From positions 61,888 through 125,887 of the forward strand of contig CAVRUS010000007.1 of NCBI GenBank assembly GCA_963724415.1: a stretch of DNA of 64,000 nucleotides, in the 5' to 3' direction. The notes beneath the pieces were generated by a model. That model did not search any database. It was not told the DNA's origin and saw only the letters and a list, made by a program, of their open reading frames with translations. Position numbers and translations under genes: made by a program. Shown here in pieces: positions 55,873 to 64,000 of the stretch. Within the stretch, counting starts at the first letter, position 1. Each line of letters opens with the position of its first letter. This DNA comes from an uncultured Actinomycetota bacterium (GTDB taxonomy: Bacteria; Actinomycetota; UBA4738; HRBIN12).

Positions 55873-58356
55873 TCAGGCGTGTGTCCGAGCACCGCTCGGG
55901 TCGTAGAGGGCGCGTCGGGAGAGGGTCGCCTTCGTCAGCTCGCCGGCGATGTCGACCTCGACCGTCGCCCCGTCCTCCGATGCGATCGCGGCGTCGACCA
56001 TGGCGAGACCGGCGGCGGCACCGACCGTGTGGGCGTACGCGGCGGACATCACGGTCCCGACGATCCTCTCGTCTTGGATCACCGACTCGCCGTGGAGGAG
56101 GATCGGCTCGGGGTCCTCGAGTCGAAGGCTGACCAGGCGATGGGGACCGGGCGTCTCCTTCGCGCGCCGAGCCGCCTCCGCTCCGACGAAGTCCTTTCCG
56201 AGCTTCACGACGTGTCCGAGGCCGGCAGAGAACGGGTCGTCGGTCGGTCCGACGTCGTGGCCGACGTGGACGAAGCCCTTCTCGATCCGAAGCGAGTCGA
56301 GCGCGTGATAGCCCGCCCGGCGGAGGGCGAGGTCGGCCCCGGCCTCCACGATCGCGTCGTCGACGTGAGCCGCGAACTCCGACGGCACGTACAGCTCCCA
56401 CCCGAGCTCCCCGACGAACGAGGCGCGGATCGCGAGGGCCGGGGCGCTCGCGACCTGGATCTCGCGCGCCGAGAAGAACGGGAAGCCCTCGTTGGAGAGG
56501 TCCGCGGGAGTGAGTCGGGCGAGGAGCTCCCGGCTCCGCGGTCCCATCACCGCCAGCGTCGCGAGGCTGCTTGTGACATCGGTCACCGTCGCGGACATCC
56601 CTCGGCCGTGGGTGCGGAGCCACTCGAGCGCGCGGTGCTGGGTGGCCGAGGGCGTGAGCACGAGGAATCGGTCTGCGCCCAGGCGCGTGACCGTCCCGTC
56701 GTTCTCGATGCCGCCGCGAGCGTTCAGGAACAGCGTGTAGACGAGCCGTCCGATGGCGACGTCCACGTCGTTCGTGCACACGTGCTGGAGCAGCGGGAGA
56801 GCGTCCGGACCCGTCACCTCGATCTTGGCGAACGAGCTCAGGTCGAAGAGCGCGACCGCCTCCCGGGCTGCACGATGCTCCTCGGCGGCGTACGGGAACC
56901 AGTTCTGCCGTCCGAAGGAGTAGCCGTAGACGGGCTCCACACCCTCGGGTGCGAACCACATCGGTCGCTCCCACTGCGCGAGTTCCCCGAAGCACGCGCC
57001 GGCCGCCGCGAGGCGGTCGTACAGAGGGGAGCGCCGGATGCCGCGCGCCGTGGTCGCCTGCAGGTTGGGCCAGTGCATCGCGTACAGACGTCCGAGGGCC
57101 TCCCGCGTGCGCTCGTGGAGGTAGTGCTCGTTCGCCTGGGATGACGCGAAGCGCCGGACGTCGACCTCGGACGCGTCGAACGTCGGCGCTCCTTCGCGGA
57201 TCCACTCGGCGAGCGCACGTCCCGCTCCCGGCGAGTAGATGATCCCCTGCGAGTTGAAACCCGCCGCCACGAAGAGGTTGCGCACCTCGGCGGTCTCGCC
57301 GAGGCAGAAGTTGACATCGGGGGTGAAGGACTCCGGGGCGCGGAGGTACCGCGTGAACTCCGCGTGTTCGAGCGCCGGGATACGCCGCGTCGCGTTCGCT
57401 CGCGTCGGCGCGAAGTGCTCCCAGTCGGGGCCGAACTCACCGAACGCCCACTCCTCGGGGATCGACGCGGTCGAGCGAGGGCGTCCGTTCGGCTCGAACG
57501 CGCCGATCATGAGCCCGCCGGCGTGATGTCGCGCGTAGAACGATCCGTCCAGACCCCGGACGAGCGGCAACAGGTCGTGCGCGCCCTCGATCGGTTCGGT
57601 CGAGACGTGGACGTGTTCGGCCGCGTAGAGCGGGACCGGCACGCCGACCGTTGCGGCCAGGTCACGGGTCCACAGGCCGCACGCGAGGACGACCGTATCG
57701 GCCTCGACGTCGCCGCGATCGGTGCGCACGCCGGTCACCGAGTCGTCTTCGATCAGCAGGGCGGAGACCTGCACACCCTCTCGGATCGTCACGCCGCGAT
57801 CGTGCGCACCTTTCGCCAGGGCGAGCGCGGCGTATCCGGGGTTCACGGTCCCGTCGCCGGGCTGGAGGAGCGCGCCGACGAGGCCGTCGGTGGAGATGAG
57901 CGGCCACACCTCGGGGACCTCAGCGGGTTCGAGCAGACGGGCCTCGATCCCGTGGTGACGGGCGATCGCGGCCGCGTACCGGAGCTCCGTCATCCTGCCG
58001 TCGTTCTCGGCGAGCGTGAGCGAGCCCGTCGGCCGGAAGTGCACGTCGACTCCCGTCTCCTCAGCGAGCCCCCGGTACAGGTCGACCCCGTAGTTCGCCA
58101 ACTCGGTCATCGGGTGCGAGCCCCGAACGCGCGCGACGAGCCCCGCGGCGTGCCATGAGGTGCCCGACGCGATCCGCGCCCGCTCCAGAAGCACCACGTC
58201 CGTGATCCCGAGGTCGGCGAGGTGATACGCGATAGAAGACCCAGCGATCCCACCACCGACGATCACGACCTGCGCACGGCCTGGCAGCGATCCATCGGCC
58301 GCATCCGAAGCGAACGACGCGGCGGTGATGGTGTCGTCCAGCATCCGCTCCGTCAT
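55873..58356 (-). CDS. GcvT-family FAD-dependent dehydrogenase (sarcosine/dimethylglycine DH-like)
   Basis: GGGIAG, GTSWHAAG, ESFTPD, WERP, ELGWELY, SLRIEKG. Confidence 0.9.
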   Translation of the reverse strand: MTERMLDDTITAASFASDAADGSLPGRAQVVIVGGGIAGSSIAYHLADLGITDVVLLERARIASGTSWHAAGLVARVRGSHPMTELANYGVDLYRGLAEETGVDVHFRPTGSLTLAENDGRMTELRYAAAIARHHGIEARLLEPAEVPEVWPLISTDGLVGALLQPGDGTVNPGYAALALAKGAHDRGVTIREGVQVSALLIEDDSVTGVRTDRGDVEADTVVLACGLWTRDLAATVGVPVPLYAAEHVHVSTEPIEGAHDLLPLVRGLDGSFYARHHAGGLMIGAFEPNGRPRSTASIPEEWAFGEFGPDWEHFAPTRANATRRIPALEHAEFTRYLRAPESFTPDVNFCLGETAEVRNLFVAAGFNSQGIIYSPGAGRALAEWIREGAPTFDASEVDVRRFASSQANEHYLHERTREALGRLYAMHWPNLQATTARGIRRSPLYDRLAAAGACFGELAQWERPMWFAPEGVEPVYGYSFGRQNWFPYAAEEHRAAREAVALFDLSSFAKIEVTGPDALPLLQHVCTNDVDVAIGRLVYTLFLNARGGIENDGTVTRLGADRFLVLTPSATQHRALEWLRTHGRGMSATVTDVTSSLATLAVMGPRSRELLARLTPADLSNEGFPFFSAREIQVASAPALAIRASFVGELGWELYVPSEFAAHVDDAIVEAGADLALRRAGYHALDSLRIEKGFVHVGHDVGPTDDPFSAGLGHVVKLGKDFVGAEAARRAKETPGPHRLVSLRLEDPEPILLHGESVIQDERIVGTVMSAAYAHTVGAAAGLAMVDAAIASEDGATVEVDIAGELTKATLSRRALYDPSGARTHA

Positions 58357-58377
58357 GAGGCCGAAGGATAGCGAGGA

Positions 58378-58671
58378 CTAGCTGGGCGGCGGCACGGAGT
58401 TCACCGTGGTCCCGCTCGAGGGTCCGCTCGTCACCACCACGACGATCACCGCGAGCGCGATCGCGGCGAGTCCGAGTCCTACCGAGAGGAGGGCTACCCG
58501 CCGCCGAGGGCCCGTCGATCCTCGAAGATCGAGCGCCCCTGTGACGAGCGTCACGGCCGCGAAGAGGAGCGCCAGCGTCGGGATCCAGAAGCAGAACAGG
58601 ATCGCGAACGGCGCGAACGCGAGCCCGACGATGGACGCTCGGCCGACGTCCGACTTCGTCACCTCCGTCAT
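58378..58671 (-). CDS. Small membrane protein
   Basis: MTEVTKSDVGRASIVGL.. with 2-3 hydrophobic segments. Confidence 0.55.
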   Translation of the reverse strand: MTEVTKSDVGRASIVGLAFAPFAILFCFWIPTLALLFAAVTLVTGALDLRGSTGPRRRVALLSVGLGLAAIALAVIVVVVTSGPSSGTTVNSVPPPS

Positions 58672-58737
58672 CGGTTCCCTCCCAGGGCAAGCGTACGCAA
58701 GGTTGCCCCCCGTCCACCCGGTTGGGACGATGCAGGC

Positions 58738-61700
58738 GTGACCGAGGCCGAAGCGGCGATGCGTGAGGAGCGGCGGTTCGTGACCGCTCTGTTCGCCGAC
58801 CTCATCGGGTCCACTGCTCTGGGGGAGCGCCTCGAGCCGGAGGAGCTGAAGCTCGTGGTCGGCGACGCCGTCGGCCGCATCGTAGGGGCCGTCGAGGCGT
58901 TCGGCGGGACGATCAAGGACCTGGCCGGCGACGGAGTGCTCGCGCTCTTCGGGGCGCCCGTCGCGCACGAGGACGACCCCGAGCGCGCCCTCCTCGCTGG
59001 ATTGCGGATCGTGGAGGAGATGGGGGAGTTCGCCGACGAAGTCCGCCGGAGTTGGGGGATCGACGGGTTCGGCGTCCGCGTCGGCGTGGAGTCGGGACCC
59101 GTCGTCGTCGGGGCTGTCGGGGCTGGTTCGCGCGTCGAGTACGGGGCGATGGGAGATGCCGTGAACGTCGCGGCTCGGCTCCAGGCCGAGACCGAGCCGG
59201 GCACGATCCTGGTCGGCGAAGAGACGGCAGCTCGGGTGGAGCCGATCTTCGAGTGGGGACCGTCCCGACAACTCGAGCTGAAGGGGAAGTCCGGCTCGGT
59301 CGCCGCGAGACCGGTGGTCGCTCCTTTGGCGTCACCCGTTTCGATGCGCGGGATCGAGGGTGTCCAGGCGCCGGTCGTCGGGCGTGAGCGCGAGCTGACG
59401 CTCGTACGCGAGCTGGCCCGCGCCGCGCTCGACGGCACCGGGGCGATCGTGTTCATGACCGGCGAACCGGGCATCGGGAAGACGAGGCTCCTCTCGGAGT
59501 TCCGCGGTGTGTTCGACGAAGGCCCGGCGCCGCGGGGCCGCCCCCTCTGGCTCGAGGGGAAGTGCGTCTCGTACGGCGAGTCCATGACCTACTGGCCGTT
59601 CCGCGACCTCGTGCGTTCCTGGCTCGGCGTGCTCGCCGACGAGCCGGAGATGCGGGTGCGGGTCGCGCTCGGCCGCAACATCGAGCGGCTCTTCGGCGAT
59701 CGCGCCCCCGAGATCACCCCGTACCTCGCTGCGATGCTCGGGCTCGCCCTCGAGCCGGATGCGCAGGCTCGCCTGGGCGAGCTCTCGCCGGAGGCGCTCC
59801 AGTACCGGACGTTCGAGGTCGTGCGGCACTGGTTGCAGCGGCTCGCGGAGGACGGGCCGGTCGCCGTCGTGCTGGAGGATCTCCACTGGGCGGACGCCAC
59901 CTCGTTGCAGCTCATCGAACGATTGCTCCCCGACACCGAGACCTCAGCGCTCCTGCTGGTGCTCACGCTCCGACAGGAGCGCGACCACCCTGCGTGGCGA
60001 CTCAAAGAGGACGCCGCGCGGGAGCTCCCGCACCGGACGACCGAGATGGCGCTGGAGGCGCTGTCGGGCGACGCGGGTCTCGACCTGCTCCGCTCGCTCG
60101 TCGGCGCCGGCACGTTGCCCGACGACATGGAGGAGCGGATCCTCGAGCACGCCGACGGCAACCCGTTCTTCCTCGAGGAGCTCGTCCGCTCGCTCGCCGA
60201 TGCGGGCTCGCTCGTCCGGGACGAGGATGGTTGGCGCTTCGATCACGACGTCGAGGTCGAGATCCCCCCGACCGTCGAGAAGGTGATCCTCGCGCGGATC
60301 GACCGGCTCGATCCGCAGCCCCACACCGTCCTGATGGCTGCCTCCGTCCTCGGGCGGGAGTTCGGGCTCCCGCTCCTGGAAGCGGTGAGCGGGGACGACG
60401 ACGTCCGTCCGTCGCTCTCGACCTTGATGCGGCTCGACCTGCTCCGCGAGGCTCGCCGGTGGCCGGAGCCGGAGTACCGCTTCAAGCACGCGCTGATCCA
60501 GGAGGCGGCGTACCGGACGCTCGTCGTCGACGAGCGCCGCGCCGTCCACGCGAAGGCCGCCACGTGGCTCGAGGATCGCTACGCGGGCCGCGAGGAGGAG
60601 GTGGCGAGCCTGCTCGCGCACCACTGGCTCGCCGCGGCCGACGAGGACAAGGCGGTGGCCTACCTGACGATGGCCGGCGATCGCGCACGGCAGGAGTACG
60701 CCCTCGACGAGGCGATCGCGAGCTATCGCGAGCTGCTCCCGATCCTCGGCGAACGCGGCGAGCAGGACGCGATCGCGCTCGTCCTGTTCAAGCTCGCCCT
60801 CGCGTTCCACATGTCGCTGCGCTTCGCGGAGGCGAACGAGATGTACCAGCGCGCGTTCGACCTCTGGCGATGGCCTGAAGGACCGACCGACCGCCCTCCT
60901 CCACCCTCCGCGTGGGGACGAGCTTCCTCCCGAACGATCCCGATCCACGGTCGGCGATCGCATGGCCGAACATCCAGCTCTGCATGCAGCTGTTCGACCG
61001 TCTCGTCGAGGCCTGGCCGGAGCGGACGATCGTGCCGTCGCTCGCGGAGCGATGGGAGATCTCCGACGACGGGCTCCGGTACGTCTTCCATCTGCGCGAG
61101 GGCCTGACGTGGTCGGACGGGGAGCCGCTCACGGCGCACGACGTGGAGTTCGGGATCAAGCGGGTGTTGAACCCCGACGCCCCGGGATCGTCGGTCGCGA
61201 TCTACTTCGTGCTCGAGCACGGACAGGACCACTACCTGCGGACCACCGAGGACCCCGACCTGATCGGTGTCCGCGCGCTCGACGATCGGACCGTCGAGTT
61301 CCGGCTCGCCGCGCCGGCGCCCTATTTCATGAGCGTGATGAACCGACCCGACGGCGGGCCGCAGCCACGGCATGCGATCGAGCGCGACGGCGATGCGTGG
61401 ACCGAGACCGGGAAGCAGGTGGTCAGTGGTGCCTTCGAGATCGCGGAGCGACATCCCGACCGGCTCGTGTTGCGTCGCCGTGATGACCCCAGCACGCCGC
61501 GGCCGGGCAACGTCGCGACCGTCGAGTACGTGCAACGAGAGATCCCCGACGCGATCGCCGCCTACGCCCGCGACGAGCTCGACGCGGTCACCGTGCGCTA
61601 CACGCCGAAGACTGCCGACCTCGTGCCCGGGGTCTCGGACGACGCGCACCTCGGCGCCGCGAGCTGGTCGGGCTTCCTCGCGTTCCGTCACGCCGACCCG

Positions 61701-62423
61701 AGGATGTCGAACGTCGAGGTCCGGCGGGCGCTCGCGAGCGCGATCGATCGGGAGACGCTCGCCGAGCACGTGCCGTCGAACCTCGTCGTCGCGAACGGTG
61801 GCATCGTGCCCCCGGCCCTGCAAGGACACACGCCGGACATCGTGCCCCGGTTCGACCCCGACGCCGCGCGGGAACATCTGCGGCTCTCGGGACTGTCGCG
61901 GGACGAACTCGAAGGCCTCGAGATCGCCGGCATCGAGACGTGGCTCGACGACTTCCTGTTGGTGGTGTCGAGGACCTGGAAGGAGGTGCTCGATCTCGAC
62001 GTGCCCGTCCGGCCGTGGACCCTCGAGCAGGCGCTCTCGATCGGTGACCCGACCGAGATGGCCCCGATCGTGATCACGGGATGGCTGCCCGGCTACGCCG
62101 ATCCCGAGTACTTCCTCCGGCTGCTGTTCCAGAGCGACAGCAAGACGAACTACGGCACGTTCTCCGACCCCGAGTTCGACCAGCTGATCGAGCGGGCTCG
62201 TCAGGAGCGGAGCGACCGGTCGAGGTTGGAGCTGTTCCACGAGGCCGATCGGATGGCGGTGGCCGATCGGATCGCCTGCATCCCGCTCGTCTACGGGCGG
62301 AGCATGTCGTTCGTGAAGCCGTGGGTGAGCGGCTGGTGGGAGTTCGGGAAGTCCTCGTCGTCCGTGGCGGACCTGATGACGGCCGGCGCCACGTCGATGG
62401 TGCGGGAGGGACCGATCTCCTAG
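58738..62423 (+). CDS. Class III cyclase - AAA/STAND ATPase - helical repeats - family 5 solute-binding domain fusion (frameshift ~60895)
   Basis: LFADLIGST, GDGVLALFG, VNVAARLQ; GEPGIGKT, EDLHWAD, GNPFFLEE; then PSLAERW, WSDGEPLTAHD, VRRALASAIDR with no own start or signal peptide. Confidence 0.78.
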
Positions 62424-63163
62424 CTGGAGCGCGCGAGCTCGCGGGCGGCCCTGGCGGCCTCGCGCTCAGCTTCCCGCTCAGCCCTGGCTGCCTCGCGCTC
62501 AGCTTCCCGCTCAGCCCTGGCGGCCTCGCGCTCGGCCCTCCGCTCCTCCTTGGCCTCGTCGCGAAGCTCCTTGCGCTCGAGGTTGGCGGAGAGATGCTCC
62601 AATGCGTTCACGAGTCCGTCGTTGTCGTTGCGCATGCAGTTCCAGAGCACGTGCGCGATCGCGTTCTCGAGCCCGGTGAGCTCTCCGGGAACCGGGCTCT
62701 CGTCGGGGGCGTCCTCGGCGGTCAGACCCGCTGCCTCGGTGCACTCCGCGACACGCTCTTCGGTGGGCTCGACGGCGGTCGTCTCCTCGTCGGCGTCTTC
62801 CGCCGCGTCATCGCCGGGCTCTTCTGTCTCCGGCTCGTCGACGCACTCCTCGGCGTCCTCGGAGTCCTCACCTTCGTCGGGGTCTTCGGCCTCGGGGTCA
62901 TCGCCTTCAGGGTCGGGGTCCTCGCCTTCGGCCGGATCCTCGCCTTCCTCGGACTCACCGTCGTCGGTGCCTTCGGGGTCCTCGGAGTCTTCGACGGTGT
63001 CCCCGTCCTCGATGGGGTCGTCCCCGATGGGTTCACAGGTGGTGGGCGTCGGCTCGTCGGCCGGGTCGTCGAAGGCGTCACCCGCGAGCGCGAACCCGGC
63101 GGAGAGCACCGCCATGACCACGCCGACGATGGCCACGAATCGGAAGCGCTGGACCTTCTCCAC
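62420..63163 (-). CDS. Secreted acidic low-complexity protein with C-terminal coiled-coil repeats
   Basis: Signal peptide ending ALA; D/E/P-rich tract; GLENAI and GLVNAL motifs; EREAARAEREA repeats. Confidence 0.7.
   Translation of the reverse strand: MEKVQRFRFVAIVGVVMAVLSAGFALAGDAFDDPADEPTPTTCEPIGDDPIEDGDTVEDSEDPEGTDDGESEEGEDPAEGEDPDPEGDDPEAEDPDEGEDSEDAEECVDEPETEEPGDDAAEDADEETTAVEPTEERVAECTEAAGLTAEDAPDESPVPGELTGLENAIAHVLWNCMRNDNDGLVNALEHLSANLERKELRDEAKEERRAEREAARAEREAEREAARAEREAEREAARAARELARSS
62448..62533. repeat. 33-nt tandem repeat, about 2.6 copies (coding)
   Basis: GCCCTGGC(G/T)GCCTCGCGCTCAGCTTCCCGCTCA at 62448, 62481 and partial at 62514. Confidence 0.85.
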
Positions 63164-63330
63164 GGGACGAGTATCGGCCAAATGGGCCCCAGAACTGTAG
63201 GGAACCCCGCCTTCCGCGCTTGGAGGACGCTTGAACCGCAGGTGGGGTCGGGTTCTCAAGCCCTGCAGGGCGCACGATAATCCGGGCATCCAGAACGCCC
63301 ACTGAGCCAAGGAGACGGCCAGGGAGACGC

Positions 63331-64000
63331 ATGGCGAACGAATCGCGACCTCGTGAGCCTGAGGATCGAGACGGGTCCGTGATCCGGACGTTCCTGATCG
63401 CCGACCTCCGCGGGTACACGACCCTGAGCGACGCGCACGGCGATCAGGCCGCGGCGCGATGTGGCGGAACGCTTCCTCGCGATCGCCCGCGAGTGCGTCG
63501 ACGGGCATACGGGGACGGTCGTCGAGGTCCGCGGGGACGAGGTGCTGGCGGTCTTCGACTCGGCGAGGGAGGCGCTCCGCGCGGCGCTGGATATCCAGGC
63601 GGGCGTCGCCGCGGAACCGGCGGAGCGGCAGATGCTCGGAGTCGGGATCGGCCTTGGACGCGGGCGAGGCGGTCCCGGTCGGGGACGGGTATCGCGGTCG
63701 CGCCTGAACCTCGCGGCGCGACTCTGCGCGCGCGCCCGCGGCGGCGAGATCCTCGTGACGTCCGAGCTGGTGCACCTCGCGGGCGCCGTCGAGGGGATCA
63801 GGTTCCAGGATCGAGGGCCCGTTCGATTGAAGGGACTCTCGCGGCCGGTCGACGTGCTGGCGGTGACCGAGGCGGCGGGGAGCGCCACAGCGCCCTCGTC
63901 CGCGGGGGCCGTCGCGGGCCACCTCGTGTTCCGGATCCTCGGTCCGCTCGAGGTCACGGACGGCGGTCGCCCGGTGACGTTGGGGGGCCCTCGCCAGCGG
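63331..64000 (+). CDS. Partial class III cyclase domain fused to SARP/AfsR-type regulator N-terminus (about 3 frameshifts; runs off window)
   Basis: TFLIADLRGYT, RGDEVLAVF, GIG..GE, NLAARL, LKGL, then FRILGPLEV..LGGPRQR. Confidence 0.7.
   Translation, partial: MANESRPREPEDRDGSVIRTFLIADLRGYTTLSDAHGDQAAARCGGTLPRDRPRVRRRAYGDGRRGPRGRGAGGLRLGEGGAPRGAGYPGGRRRGTGGAADARSRDRPWTRARRSRSGTGIAVAPEPRGATLRARPRRRDPRDVRAGAPRGRRRGDQVPGSRARSIEGTLAAGRRAGGDRGGGERHSALVRGGRRGPPRVPDPRSARGHGRRSPGDVGGPSPA

Noticed and set aside
60876-60878. In-frame TGA upstream of the SBP5 frame as a selenocysteine codon
   Set aside because: The upstream part of that frame is not protein-like; a single-base frameshift from the cyclase-STAND frame explains the data more simply
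62448-62533. CRISPR-like array
   Set aside because: Repeats are contiguous with no spacers and lie in frame within a coding sequence
461-63957. Numerous long Arg/Pro/Gly-rich overlapping ORFs in the six-frame track
   Set aside because: Typical off-frame and antisense shadows in high-GC DNA; no recognisable motifs, and they overlap well-supported genes

Overview
High-GC chromosomal window that looks actinomycetotal (inference from gene families, promoter style and many apparently leaderless genes). It is mostly housekeeping and metabolic, with about 65 CDS. Main content in order: serA-serC-DUF1015 operon; a split GlnA4-like gamma-glutamylation set (GS-family ligase, ethanolamine-type permease, SDR, C26 hydrolase, GATase) interrupted by an aldolase/dehydrogenase/FGGY-kinase trio; greA; TrpB2; MBOAT plus SGNH O-acetylation pair; mutY; znuCB-zur with a Fur-family box; a 1146-aa GT-C-like/MFS fusion; AlaX; a cupredoxin/beta-helix fusion; WS/DGAT; a group-2-like sigma-70; stress genes (BON, PRC-barrel) with SigB/SigF-type promoters; tRNA-Sec (selC); ArsR/SRPBCC/MoaD/BNR genes; a two-component pair; a GcvT-family dehydrogenase; and two class III nucleotide-cyclase fusions (cyclase-STAND-SBP5 and cyclase-SARP). 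No CRISPR array, rRNA, integrase or transposase was seen. At least six genes carry single-base frameshifts, which most likely reflects uncorrected long-read errors. Best candidates for something undescribed: a promoter-supported ~145-nt structured sRNA at 47116-47260 (possibly 6S/Ms1-like), a structured leader upstream of serA, the cyclase-STAND-SBP5 / cyclase-SARP signalling locus, and the GT-C/MFS fusion. All family assignments come from motif recognition by eye, not from database searches.
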